Counted from the stretch's first letter, positions 28,852 to 39,121 are shown. The stretch is 64,000 nt of DNA from Spirochaetia bacterium (GCA_965203905.1 CBDBDQ010000005.1:7712001-7776000); one strand, 5' to 3'. The notes: generated by a model not told the origin, from the sequence alone. Numbers and translations are program-made.

Positions 28852-29860
28852 ATGGAACAACGCAGGTTCGGGGACAGCGATCTGACCTGTTCGGCACTCG
28901 GGTTCGGAACCTGGGAGTTGAGCACCAACCAGTATGGCGAGATCGACGTAGCGGAGGCGGAACGGGCGGCCCGGGAGGCGATCGACCACGGCATCACGCT
29001 GTTCGACACCGCCGAGGCATACGGGCCCTGCATCTCGGAGGAGCTGCTCGGCAAGGCGCTCGGCGCGCGGCGCAAGGAGATCGTCCTGGTGACCAAGGTG
29101 GGGTTCAAGTACGGCGGCGGCCGCCAGGGCGCACAGTGCTCGACGTTTGACCACGTCGTGTCCAGCACGGAGGGCTGCCTGCGCCGCCTCGGCACCGACT
29201 GGATCGACCTGATGCTGATCCACTGGCCGGACCACAACACCCCGTACGGGGAGCCGATCGCGGCGCTGGAGAAACTCAAGCAGGACGGCAAGATCCGCCA
29301 CTACGGATGTGTCCAACTTCTCCCCGGCGATGATGGACGTGTGCGAGAGCACCGGGCACCTGGCCGCCAACCAGGTGGGCTACCACCTGTTCGACCGGCG
29401 CGTGGAACGGGCCGTGCTGCCCTACACGCGGTCCCACGGCATCGGCTTCATGGCCTACGGCACGCTGGGCTTCGGCCTCCTGACCGGCGCGTTCAACGAG
29501 TCGACCACCTTCGTGGACTGGGACTGGCGCTCCAAGGGCTACGCCTTCGGCCTGCCCCTGTTCCAGCGCGAGCAGTTCCTTGGGCAACTGCGCGTGGTCG
29601 AACGGTTGCGGGCAATCGCCGCCCGCCACGGCAAGTCGGTCGCGCAGCTCGCCATCTCCTGGGTGCTCGGCAACCCCGCGGTGACCGTGGCGCTGGTCGG
29701 CATTCGCCGCAGCGACGAACTGAAGGAGAACGTGGCCGCGGTCGAGTGGCGCCTGTCCGCCGAGGAACGGCAGGAGATCGACGCCATCTTCGCCGAAGAG
29801 GGGGTGCCGACCCACGCCGAAACCGCGCAGATTACGGAGCCGTTCCTGCCGGCCCGCTGA
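28852..29860 (+). CDS. Aldo/keto reductase, frameshift near 29307
   Basis: RBS AGGAGG; FDTAEAYG, TKVG, LIHWPD, then GKIRHYG/VSNFS split by one extra base. Confidence 0.9.
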
Positions 29861-30010
29861 CCAGGGTCACGGACGGCGCACGCCCGCCGTCACGGCGCGG
29901 CCGCGGAGGACGCCCCAACTGAGGAGCGTTACCCTCCGCGGCCAAGCGGGAAGACGCGCACGGAGCGAGCCGGTTTCCCGGTTATCCGCAACCGCGTCTT
30001 CGATATCGGG

Positions 30011-31732
30011 CTAGTATCCCATCGACGCCTTCATGTCCTGGTCGAGCCACATGAGGTCGAAGAGGCCGTCGTGCACCATGTAGCACGCCTCGCCGTAGTA
30101 GTTCTTCACCCACGGCCACCAGAAGGTGAACTTGAGCGGATGCGGAATGGCGACGGTGAGCGCGTTGTCGATCAGGATCAGGTTCGCCTCCGTCAGCAGC
30201 TCCACGCGCTTGTCCTTGTCGAACTCCTTCTCCGCCGCGGCCAGCAACTCGTCGAAGCGCGCATCGCTGAACCGGTTGATGTTGTTGCGCGCGTCCGTTG
30301 CCGCGTTGCCGCGGAACCTCATCAGCGTCAACTCGGTGCCCCACCACTCGATCCAGGCATCCCAGTCTTCCCGGTCATGCGGCTGTCCCCAGTGCAGACC
30401 CGCCTCGTTTACCTCGATCTCGACATCGATGTTGAACTGCTGCTTCCACAAGCCGGCAAACGCCTCCGCTACCGGCGGCGTGAACGGCCGGTTGCTCGAC
30501 AGCAGCTTCATCTTGAAGCCGTTCGGGTAGCCGGCGTCGGCGAGCAACTGCTGCGCCTTCTCCAGGTCGTAGGTCAGGATCTCCTTGTGCTGCGGCGGCA
30601 GTTCATCGTACGGCACGAAGCCCTCGGCGCGCCACATCAGCGGCCACTCCAGCGGTGCATCGCGTTCGTAGACGGTTTGCGCAATGGCTTCCCGGTCGGT
30701 GCCCATCGACAGCGCCCGCCGCACCGCGACGTTGTCGAACGGCGGCCGGTCCACGCGCAGGCGCATGCCGATTACGCCGCCGTAGACGTCGTACGCCTGC
30801 TGGATATCGGGATTGGTCATGGCCAGCGAGTCGGCGTGCGTTTTCTCGGCAAACGACACGTAGTCCAGCTTCGCCGTGCGCAGCGCGGCGATGCGCGTGG
30901 TTTCATCGCGAATGATCGGAATCACCACGTTGTCGACGAACGGAAGCTGATACTGCTTGCCGTCTATGGTGGTTTTGCGCCAGTAGAGCGGATTCTTCAC
31001 CATCCGGAAGTGAGAGCCCGGCGAATACTCCTCCAGCGCGAACGGGCCGGTACCGACCATGTTGTTCCAATCGACCGGCCCGGCTTCCACCATCTCCGGC
31101 GGAATGTGCCAGCCGCGCGCGAGGTCGAGCAGATCCTCCAACCAGATCGGGTTGAAATACTTGGTGTGCAGCTTGACCGTGCTGTCATCGATAACCTCGA
31201 TCGACTCTATCCAGTCCTTTTGCAACACAGCCGAGCCGCGCGGTGCGTCCAGGAAGCGGCTGATGTTGAATTCGAAATCGTGGGCGGTGTACTCACGCGC
31301 TTCCATGACCGGGTTGGGGCTCATACCCGACCACATGACACCCGGCCGAATGTGAAATACCAGCGCGTCGGGGCTCTGTTCCCAACGCTCCACCGTGCGC
31401 CCAACGTAGTACTTGTTGGGTGGGAACTCACCGTCGAACGGATACTCGTTGGTGCCTCTCGGCCCATACTCCTCGACGCCCCCAGTCCACGGTTTCTCGC
31501 CGATCAGGGTAGCTACCCTGGTTTCGCCAGGCGGCGCGGAGCTGACCGGATCGCCGGTGCCATCGGTCTGAATGATGCGCTGCATCACGTTCAGGGTGCC
31601 GCCATATTGCGGTTCGCCGTCCTCGGCTGCCATGTCTCCCGCCGCCGTGGAGGACTCTTCCTCTCCGCCGGCAAACAGCGGCGCACCGGCCACCAGGAGA
31701 CCCAGAATGATAAGGGTCAAAAACTTCGTCAT
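30011..31732 (-). CDS. ABC solute-binding protein (family 5)
   Basis: RBS AAGGAG; signal peptide, PQYGGTL, VGTGPF and KNPLYW motifs. Confidence 0.93.
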   Translation of the reverse strand: MTKFLTLIILGLLVAGAPLFAGGEEESSTAAGDMAAEDGEPQYGGTLNVMQRIIQTDGTGDPVSSAPPGETRVATLIGEKPWTGGVEEYGPRGTNEYPFDGEFPPNKYYVGRTVERWEQSPDALVFHIRPGVMWSGMSPNPVMEAREYTAHDFEFNISRFLDAPRGSAVLQKDWIESIEVIDDSTVKLHTKYFNPIWLEDLLDLARGWHIPPEMVEAGPVDWNNMVGTGPFALEEYSPGSHFRMVKNPLYWRKTTIDGKQYQLPFVDNVVIPIIRDETTRIAALRTAKLDYVSFAEKTHADSLAMTNPDIQQAYDVYGGVIGMRLRVDRPPFDNVAVRRALSMGTDREAIAQTVYERDAPLEWPLMWRAEGFVPYDELPPQHKEILTYDLEKAQQLLADAGYPNGFKMKLLSSNRPFTPPVAEAFAGLWKQQFNIDVEIEVNEAGLHWGQPHDREDWDAWIEWWGTELTLMRFRGNAATDARNNINRFSDARFDELLAAAEKEFDKDKRVELLTEANLILIDNALTVAIPHPLKFTFWWPWVKNYYGEACYMVHDGLFDLMWLDQDMKASMGY

Positions 31733-31833
31733 CTTCACTCCTTCATGAATCCGACAACTGAACCATGAATGATCGAAGGCATGGCGGGTGGTTCCGGCCT
31801 GCCATGCGGATCCCGCGTGATATCTTCCTGAAA

Positions 31834-32754
31834 TCACCTCCTCCGTTGCGTGACTCGAAAGTTGCCGGTGCCGCCGCGCAGCCGCGGATCGAGCAGATCG
31901 CGCAGCGCGTCACCGAGCACGTTGATGCCGAACACCACCGCGGCCAGGGCAACTCCCGGCCACAGCGCCATCCACGGCGCCTTGAACATGTACAGCCTGC
32001 CGATGATGCCCAGCATGCCGCCCCAGCTCGGTTGCGGCGGCGGCACGCCGTAGCCGAGAAAGCTCAGGCTCGCCTCGGTCAGGATCAACGACGGTACCTG
32101 CAGGCTGAAATTGACGATCGCCGGCGCCATGATGTTGGGCAGAATGTGCCGGAAGATAATGGTAATCGTGGATGTCCCAATGGCGCGCGACGACTCCACG
32201 TAGGCGTTTTCCTTTATGTCGATCACGGCGCTGCGGATGATGCGCGAGCCGCCGATTCCCCCCAGGATGCCGAGCACCACGATCACCGACCACAGGCTCG
32301 CCCCCACCATGGAGACGGCGGCCATCACCAGCACCAGGCCCGGCATCGACATGACGCCGTCCACGACGCGCTGCACCACCATGTCGAGCCGCCCGCCGAC
32401 GTACCCGCTCAGCATGCCCAGAAAGAGCGTCAGCAAGGTGGCGATCGACGCGCCGCCCAACCCCACGATCACCGACACGCGCGCTCCGAACATGATCTGG
32501 CTGAGCATGTCACGCCCGAGGTTGTCGGTACCGAGCCAGTACTTCGCCGACGGCCGCAGCAGGTTCTCGCCGAGATGGATCTCGTTCATCGGATACGGTG
32601 CGATGAGTTCGGCAAATACGGCGACCACCAGGAACGACAGGCTGATGAACATGCCCACCGCGCCGAGCGGCTTTTCCCTGATCAGGCGCTTGAAGAAGTC
32701 GACCACTTTGAGTTGCCGCCGTGCGACGATGATGTCGGGAGCGCTGTCCGCCAC
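31834..32754 (-). CDS. DppC/OppC permease
   Basis: LGTDNLGRD, RHILPN and EASLSFLG motifs. Start approximate. Confidence 0.93.
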   Translation of the reverse strand: MADSAPDIIVARRQLKVVDFFKRLIREKPLGAVGMFISLSFLVVAVFAELIAPYPMNEIHLGENLLRPSAKYWLGTDNLGRDMLSQIMFGARVSVIVGLGGASIATLLTLFLGMLSGYVGGRLDMVVQRVVDGVMSMPGLVLVMAAVSMVGASLWSVIVVLGILGGIGGSRIIRSAVIDIKENAYVESSRAIGTSTITIIFRHILPNIMAPAIVNFSLQVPSLILTEASLSFLGYGVPPPQPSWGGMLGIIGRLYMFKAPWMALWPGVALAAVVFGINVLGDALRDLLDPRLRGGTGNFRVTQRRR

Positions 32755-32777
32755 GTACCGCCTCGCTTCGCCCCCGC

Positions 32778-33770
32778 CTATTGGTAGTGGATCTGCGGAT
32801 TGAGGAATCCGTAGGTCAGATCGACCATCAGGTTGATCAATACCATGCCGCAACCGAAGATGATCAGGGTGCCGCTGACCACCGGGTAGTCCCTGAGCCG
32901 GGTCGCCTCCACGATCAGCTCACCCATGCCGGGCAGGCCGAAGATGGTCTCGATGATCACCGTGCCGCCCACCAGGATCGGCAACCACAAGCCGACGTAG
33001 GTGATCACCGGGATGAGCGCGTTCTTCAGTGCGTGGCGGATGATCACCACCTTCTCCTTGAGCCCCTTGGACCATGCCGTGCGGATGTAGTCCTGGCGCA
33101 ATACCTCCAGCATCATGGTGCGGTGAAAGCGCATGCTGCCGCCGGACATCGACAGGCCGAGCACGACGCCGGGAATGATGAACATGGCGAGGTTGCGGCC
33201 CACGTCCTTGTGCAGCGGCACGTACATGAGAGGGGGCATGAAACCCCACCACACCGCGGGAAATACGATCACCAGCGTGGCCAGCCAGAAGGCGGGAATG
33301 GAGATGAACAGGATCGAGAAGCTGCGCACCACGTAGTCGCCGAGGCTGTCCTGCCGAATCGCCGAGTAGGTGGCGATCGGGAACGCAAAGCACTGCCCCA
33401 CGAGCAGCCCGATAATGCTCAGCTCGACGGTCACCGGCCACCTGCGGCCGATCTCCTCCAGTACGCTGTTGGGGCGCCACAGGCTGTCGCCGAGGTCGCC
33501 CTGCAGCACGCCGCGGAACTCGCCGTCCGCCTGCGCGACGATGCCGAGCCAGCGCCCGTACTGGTGCATGAGCGACACGTCCATGCCCAACTCGCGCATC
33601 AGCACTTCGCGTGCCGCGTCGATATCGCCGCCGCCCTCGATGGCGAACTGGCTCACCATGATGTCCACCACGTCGCCGGGCACCAGGCGCATCAGCACGA
33701 ACACGATGAACGTGACCACGAACACGGTGGGAATCATGAGCAGCAGCCGTCTGATCATGTACGTGCGCAC
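32778..33770 (-). CDS. DppB/OppB permease
   Basis: YMIRRLL, GDLGDSL and LRQDYIRTAWSKGL motifs. Confidence 0.95.
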   Translation of the reverse strand: MRTYMIRRLLLMIPTVFVVTFIVFVLMRLVPGDVVDIMVSQFAIEGGGDIDAAREVLMRELGMDVSLMHQYGRWLGIVAQADGEFRGVLQGDLGDSLWRPNSVLEEIGRRWPVTVELSIIGLLVGQCFAFPIATYSAIRQDSLGDYVVRSFSILFISIPAFWLATLVIVFPAVWWGFMPPLMYVPLHKDVGRNLAMFIIPGVVLGLSMSGGSMRFHRTMMLEVLRQDYIRTAWSKGLKEKVVIIRHALKNALIPVITYVGLWLPILVGGTVIIETIFGLPGMGELIVEATRLRDYPVVSGTLIIFGCGMVLINLMVDLTYGFLNPQIHYQ

Positions 33771-33894
33771 GTTTCCTCCCTGTCGCCGGCGCCGCGCGCG
33801 GCAACCGAACGGCCTTTATAACACGCATGGTGAGAGCCGTCAAAATCGCCGATGCCGGGCTGCCGGGCGGCAACCCCGACAAGGCCGACAGCGG

Positions 33895-35646
33895 CTACGG
33901 GACCGGCAACGCCGGAAGCGCCCGCAGCCCCTGCCGGTATACCAAGCGCCTCTCCCGGTCTCCGGCCACCTCCCCGAATTCCTCCCGCGCGCCGTCGGAC
34001 CACACCACGCGCACCGCGGCGGTGGGCGACCGGCCAAGGCCGAAGTGCAGCGCGGTGTCGTTGCCGGCGCCCAGGCTCGAGCCGCTCTTCACCTCCTGCA
34101 TGCGCGCCCGGCTGCCGGCGGGCGTCACGAACACGCGCGCCCCGACCGCGTCGCGGTTCACCGGCGGGCGCCCCTCCAGCCGCAGCGTCAGCCAGTGGTT
34201 GCCGGCTCCCGCCAGCCCCGTGTTGCGGTACAGCGCGTAGCCCACGTCGAAGTTGCCGACCACGAAGTCCACCAGCCCGTCGCGGTCGTAGTCGGCGTAG
34301 GCGACGCCCATGCTCGCGCGGCGGTGCCGATGCCAACTCGGCGGCGTGGCGTCCTCGAAGTTGCCGTAGCCGCGGTTCCGGAACAGCACGTTGGCATAGG
34401 GCAGCAGGAAGTCGACCAGCTCCGTGGCGTCCTCGAAGTGGCCGGCGTATCCGCTGGCCGCCAGGAACAGGTCCAGCCAGCCGTCGTTGTCGTAGTCGAA
34501 GAACACCGCGCCCCAGCCGGCCAGGCCGCCGGGCTGCTCCGCCCCCACGCCGGCCGCCTCGGTGGCGTCGCGGAACCGCCCGCCCACGTTCTGCAGCAGC
34601 GACATCCCCTCGCCCATGTCGGAGAAATAGAAGTCCAGGTCCAGGTCGTTGTCGTAGTCGCCCACCGCCAGCCCCATGCCGTATCCCACGTCGCCGGTCC
34701 GGGTCTCGCCGGAGGCGTCGCTCCAGCACCAGCCGCCGCATCCCGGCCCGTCGTTGCGCCACAGCACGTTGCCGATCGGGTGTTCCACCTTGTCGTTGAC
34801 CACGTAGATGTCCGGGTCGCCGTCGTCGTCGAAGTCGGCGAAGCTCGCCGAGAAGGCGGCGCCCCGCAGCTTGGCGCCGAGCAGCCGCGACACGTCCTCG
34901 AAGGTGCCGTCGCCGCGGTTGCGGTACAGCCGGTCGCTGGCCAGTTCCGCCGCGCGTGGGCGCGGGCACTCGGGGAAGCACCGCCAGTTGGCCACGAACA
35001 GGTCCAGGAAGCCGTCGCCGTCGTAGTCGCCCCAGGCCGCGGTGGCGCCCTTGCCGGTATCGCCCACGCCGGCGGCGGAGGTAACGTCGCGGAATCGTGC
35101 GCCGGCCTCGTTGCGGTACAGGATGTTGCGGCCGTGGGCGAGGACGTACAGGTCGCGCCAGCCGTCGTTGTCGTAGTCGGCCCACACGGCGCCGCCGGTC
35201 CAGGTATCGGCGGAGGCCACGTCGCCGGCCTGCTCCGGGATGCTGAAGGTGCCGTCGCCGTTGTTGCGGTACAGCCGGCTCGGCGCCTGGCCGCCGGCCA
35301 GGAACAGGTCGACCCAGCCGTCGTTGTCCCAGTCGCCCCAGGCCTGGCCGGTGCCCAGGTAGCCGTGCGCGAACGCCTTGCCGGTAAACTCGTCCCAGGT
35401 GCCGCGATGCGGCGCGTCGATGCCGGCGGCCGCGGTCGCTTCGACAAAGACCTCGTCCGGCTGTCCCGCCGGCGGCGCCTGTGCCCCTGCCGGTACCGCC
35501 AGCGCCGCCAGTGCCGCTGCCGCCAGCACGGCGGTTGTCGCCAAGCGGGCGAAGGGCCCCCTCGATGTACGCACCGAATTCCCCGTTCGCGGCTCCGACC
35601 CGGACAACCCGTGCTCAGGGAAGATCAACGACGCGCAGGATACCAT
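33895..35646 (-). CDS. CRTAC1-family secreted protein (FG-GAP/VCBS repeats + ASPIC/UnbV)
   Basis: Repeated DxDxDGxxD motifs and C-terminal NRDAVGARV..LHFGLG. True start is likely somewhat downstream. Confidence 0.92.
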   Translation of the reverse strand: MVSCASLIFPEHGLSGSEPRTGNSVRTSRGPFARLATTAVLAAAALAALAVPAGAQAPPAGQPDEVFVEATAAAGIDAPHRGTWDEFTGKAFAHGYLGTGQAWGDWDNDGWVDLFLAGGQAPSRLYRNNGDGTFSIPEQAGDVASADTWTGGAVWADYDNDGWRDLYVLAHGRNILYRNEAGARFRDVTSAAGVGDTGKGATAAWGDYDGDGFLDLFVANWRCFPECPRPRAAELASDRLYRNRGDGTFEDVSRLLGAKLRGAAFSASFADFDDDGDPDIYVVNDKVEHPIGNVLWRNDGPGCGGWCWSDASGETRTGDVGYGMGLAVGDYDNDLDLDFYFSDMGEGMSLLQNVGGRFRDATEAAGVGAEQPGGLAGWGAVFFDYDNDGWLDLFLAASGYAGHFEDATELVDFLLPYANVLFRNRGYGNFEDATPPSWHRHRRASMGVAYADYDRDGLVDFVVGNFDVGYALYRNTGLAGAGNHWLTLRLEGRPPVNRDAVGARVFVTPAGSRARMQEVKSGSSLGAGNDTALHFGLGRSPTAAVRVVWSDGAREEFGEVAGDRERRLVYRQGLRALPALPVP

Positions 35647-35739
35647 TGACCCGGTTTGCCGGTCTGCGGCGCGGCCGACACGCCGGCGGCTAAGGCCGGC
35701 AACGGGACGGTGACGTACCTGCCGCCCTGTTCCCGGTAT

Positions 35740-35826
35740 ATCTCAGAGGAGTTGCTCGGCAAGGCTCTCGGCACGCGGCGCAAGGAGATCGTCCTCGTGA
35801 CCAAGGTCGGCTTCAGGTATGACGGC
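35740..35826 (+). pseudogene. 87-bp aldo/keto reductase gene fragment
   Basis: 77/87 identical to 29032-29118 (ISEELLGKALG.RRKEIVLVTKVGF). Confidence 0.85.
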
Positions 35827-35978
35827 AACCGGCTGGTGAACCAGTGTTCGCCGGGACCGCGGCCTGTTGGCCTCCACGTCCTGGAGCCGGCCCCGGCGAC
35901 GCCGGCCCGTTGCTGGTTGCTCCCTCGGCACCCCGGCAGCAGGGGGTTGCGGAACGAGCGGTCAAGACGGTATGGTAG

Positions 35979-36419
35979 TTGAAGATGATGAATGATGTGC
36001 CCGAGCCAACACTCCGCGACGTGATGGACCACCTGATCGGCATCGACCGGCGACTGGATGAAAACAACGAGCAGCTACGCCACCTGCGTGACCGCCTGGA
36101 CCGCATTGAGGAGCGGCTCGATGGCGTCGACGCGCGGATGGAACGCATCGAGGAGCGGCTGGACGGCGTCGACGCACGGATGGAACGCATCGAGGAGCGG
36201 CTGGACGGCGTCGAGGGACGGCTGGACGGCGTCGACGGCCAACTGCGCACGCTGCGCGATCGCATGGACGAACTGGAGCGAGGCGTTGCCGACGTGCTCC
36301 AGCACGGACTCGCGAGAGTGGAGGCGGCCGTTCGGGGCCTCGCCGAGACGAAGGCCGACCGCTCCGAAGTGGCGGAGTTGCGGGCGGACGTTGACGCGCT
36401 GAAAGAGGCCGCCGGATAG
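35979..36419 (+). CDS. Heptad-repeat coiled-coil protein of unknown function
   Basis: Repeats of IEERLDGVDARMER encoded by 21/42-bp tandem repeats at ~36100-36240. Confidence 0.75.
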   Translation: MKMMNDVPEPTLRDVMDHLIGIDRRLDENNEQLRHLRDRLDRIEERLDGVDARMERIEERLDGVDARMERIEERLDGVEGRLDGVDGQLRTLRDRMDELERGVADVLQHGLARVEAAVRGLAETKADRSEVAELRADVDALKEAAG

Positions 36420-36450
36420 GTAGCCGGCGCGCACCGCACACTGTTCGGCA

Positions 36451-37635
36451 CTATCCGGGTGTCTGGTGTTCGACGGTGCGGACGGTGCCGTCGCGGTTGA
36501 AGGTGTAGGTGACGCCCGCCCAGGTGACGCGGCGCATGAACAGCGAGCGTAGCGCTCCCCATAGCGCCACCAGTGCGACCAGCGGCATCAGCGCCACCCA
36601 GCGCCGCCGAGAGAAGGTGAGCCGGCGCTCGCGCGGCGCCGTGCACAGCAGTGGCGAGGCCACGGCGGCCGCGAACAGCCCGGCGGCCGTCAGCACCGGC
36701 CACGCCGCGGCGCCGCTGCCCCGGATCGCCGCGATCAGCTCCGCTGCCGCGCCGGCGAACGCCGCCCCCAGTCCCAGGATTCCGATCACCGCCGCCCACC
36801 ACGACCCCGGCGTGTACAGCCGCGTGTAGAACACCTGGCGGCTGAACCAGTCGAACAGCTCAGGGAAGCGGGCGATCGCGTCGCCGGTCGGCGACACGCA
36901 GCGCGGCACGAACACGCGGGCGGCGCGGTGGCGGAACAGCAGCGTCTGCAGCGACAGGTCGTCGGACAGGCGGGTGCGCCAGTGGGCTGCTACCCCGAGG
37001 CGCTGCCAGTCGGTGCGACGGATCGCCCACGTGCCGCCCCACACCGCCTGCGACGTGGGCCAGGCGGCGAGCGCCGCCATGTGCGCCGACAGCACGGTGT
37101 GCACCTGCGCCGCGAGGCGTGCCGAGCCGGGGGCGAGCCAGCGGTACCCGGTGGCTACGGTTACGCGCGGCCGGCGCAGCGCCCCGACCAGGTGGTGCAG
37201 CAGGTCGGGTGGCGGCTCGATGTCCGCATCGCAGAACGCGTATATCTGCGCCTCCGCGGGTGCGGCCCCCACCGCGGCAAGCAGGTTATGGATCTTTTGC
37301 GAGCCGGTGCGGGCAAGACCGGCGACCACGTGGCGGACGTGATCATGATGTGCGGCGACCGCGGCGATAAGCGGCACCGCGGCATCGCGCTCACTCTCGG
37401 TGACGAAGGTGATCGCGAGGGGACGGTAGCGCTGGGCGGCGAACGCCTCCAGGTGGCGCTCCAGGTGCGCGCCGGCCCCCTTGCACGGCACGACCAGGTG
37501 CACCGCGGCGGCAAGGCCTCGCGCCGGGCGGGGCCGGTAGCGGCTGCCGCGCCACCAGCTCAGTGCCGCCGGCGCCACCTGTACCGCGCTCAGGACGGCG
37601 AACAGCAGCGTCCGCGCCAGCTCCCAGGCGGTCAC
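36451..37635 (-). CDS. Membrane glycosyltransferase (GT2/GT21, ceramide glucosyltransferase-like)
   Basis: VVPCKG, KIHNL, FCDAD, SDD and WFSRQ motifs; N- and C-terminal TM segments. GTGA overlap with the upstream gene. Confidence 0.88.
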   Translation of the reverse strand: MTAWELARTLLFAVLSAVQVAPAALSWWRGSRYRPRPARGLAAAVHLVVPCKGAGAHLERHLEAFAAQRYRPLAITFVTESERDAAVPLIAAVAAHHDHVRHVVAGLARTGSQKIHNLLAAVGAAPAEAQIYAFCDADIEPPPDLLHHLVGALRRPRVTVATGYRWLAPGSARLAAQVHTVLSAHMAALAAWPTSQAVWGGTWAIRRTDWQRLGVAAHWRTRLSDDLSLQTLLFRHRAARVFVPRCVSPTGDAIARFPELFDWFSRQVFYTRLYTPGSWWAAVIGILGLGAAFAGAAAELIAAIRGSGAAAWPVLTAAGLFAAAVASPLLCTAPRERRLTFSRRRWVALMPLVALVALWGALRSLFMRRVTWAGVTYTFNRDGTVRTVEHQTPG

Positions 37636-38117
37636 GCCGGCGCGCTTCCCGGCGGTGCGGCGAGCCACTGCGCCAGCGCCTTGTCGGGGCGCGCCAGTTG
37701 CTCCAGGCCGGTGTAGTAGTAGCGCTCCCAGCCCCGCTCCGGCAGCCCCGCGAACAGCATCAGGTTGAGTGGATAGTGCTCGCTGTCGGTGCAGCGCCGG
37801 AAGTCGTCGCGAAACAGGAACGTCGGGATCTTGCGGGCAATGGCCACGCCCAGCTCCACCATCACGCCCTCGTCCGGCGGGGTACCGTTGACGATGGCGA
37901 AGATGGCGTCGCAACTGCTGACATCGGTCAGGTCGCGCTGGCCGACACGGTACGCCCAGCCTGGCCCGGTCACGTCGAAGTTGTTGCGCGCAAACGGCTC
38001 CCAAACCTCGGCGCCGAGCGCTTCCAGGCGCGCCACGAATTGGGGCAGCAAGCGCTCCTTCTGCTGCGCGGAAAACCCGTACGGACTGGCCAGATAGATC
38101 CGTTTGCGTGCCACCAT
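37632..38117 (-). CDS. Nucleoside 2-deoxyribosyltransferase-family protein
   Basis: IYLASP and DEGVMVELG motifs. Confidence 0.9.
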   Translation of the reverse strand: MVARKRIYLASPYGFSAQQKERLLPQFVARLEALGAEVWEPFARNNFDVTGPGWAYRVGQRDLTDVSSCDAIFAIVNGTPPDEGVMVELGVAIARKIPTFLFRDDFRRCTDSEHYPLNLMLFAGLPERGWERYYYTGLEQLARPDKALAQWLAAPPGSAPA

Positions 38118-38179
38118 GATGCAACCCTACCCGGCGCCATCCGCCACGACAACGGGCGCCGAGATCCGGTACGCTGCGG

Positions 38180-38869
38180 ATGGTCATGGATGCAGGCAAC
38201 CAGCACGTCGACAAGCAGCGCCTGGCGCGCTTGCTCATCGCTTCCGGCGCGGTTCGGTTCGGAGAGTTCACCACCAAGAGCGGACGCACCTCGCCCTACT
38301 TCATCAACCTTGGTGAGATCTGCCGCGGAGGACAGATCGCCGAGCTGGCGGAATACTACGCGCAGGGCATAGCCGAACACTTCGCCGATGAGCGGCCCGA
38401 CTGCCTGTTCGGCCCCGCCTACAAGGCGATCCCGCTGGCGGTGGCCGCCGCGGTCAGCGCCACCCGTCTGCTCGGGCGTCCGTTCGCCTACTCCTTCAAC
38501 CGCAAGGAAGCCAAGCGGCACGGCGAGTCGGGGATCCTGGTGGGCCACGAGCCGCATGTCGGCGACCGCGTGCTGATCGTCGACGACGTGGTAACCGACG
38601 GCGGCGCCAAGCGGGAGGCGGTGGAACTGCTGCGCGCCCACTCGGCGGCGACCGTGGTAGGGCTGCTGATCGCGGTCGATCGCCGGGAGCGGGGTACCGG
38701 CCGGCTGAACGCGCTGGCGGAGTTGCAGGCCGAGTTCAGCTTCAAGGCGCGGGCGCTGATCGGCATTGAGGAGCTGGTGGAGATGGCGGCGGTATCCCCC
38801 GATCAGCGGCGCGCCGTGCACCGCCACCTCGAGCGCTACCGGGTATCCGGGCCCTCTAGAAGTTCCTGA
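38180..38869 (+). CDS. pyrE: Orotate phosphoribosyltransferase
   Basis: FTTKSGRTSPYF, FGPAYKAIP, NRKEAKRHGE and VDDVVTDG motifs. Confidence 0.96.
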   Translation: MVMDAGNQHVDKQRLARLLIASGAVRFGEFTTKSGRTSPYFINLGEICRGGQIAELAEYYAQGIAEHFADERPDCLFGPAYKAIPLAVAAAVSATRLLGRPFAYSFNRKEAKRHGESGILVGHEPHVGDRVLIVDDVVTDGGAKREAVELLRAHSAATVVGLLIAVDRRERGTGRLNALAELQAEFSFKARALIGIEELVEMAAVSPDQRRAVHRHLERYRVSGPSRSS

Positions 38870-38922
38870 AACCGGCCTGTAACCTTTGCCTGCGGGCGTG
38901 GTTTACCCTTTGTATACAGACT

Positions 38923-39038
38923 GGGGGGGCTTTTCCGGACGTCGACTGGTCAAGGTCAGGCGTTTCGCACCCCGGGTGTATCGATTTCCATCCACCGGCC
39001 CCTGGGGTTTTACCTCCTTTACCCAGGGGCCTTTTTTT
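38923..39038 (+). ncRNA. Candidate small RNA ending in a terminator with an anti-SD loop
   Basis: ORF-free intergenic stretch with lower GC. The terminator loop contains ACCTCCTTT. Confidence 0.35.
38997..39038 (+). terminator. Intrinsic terminator
   Basis: 10-bp stem GGCCCCTGGG/CCCAGGGGCC followed by T7. Confidence 0.85.
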
Positions 39039-39121
39039 GTGCCCTCGCCCTGACGCACCGCTATCAGCCGTCACGTCTCCTGCCCTCCCAGTGCGCGCGG
39101 CACTGTTATACTCGCCCCGCC

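Noticed and set aside
38923-38996. tRNA/tmRNA-like sequence (GGGGGC..GGA..TCGAC...TCGATT..TCCACC)
   Set aside because: No convincing acceptor stem or T-arm pairing, and too short for tmRNA.
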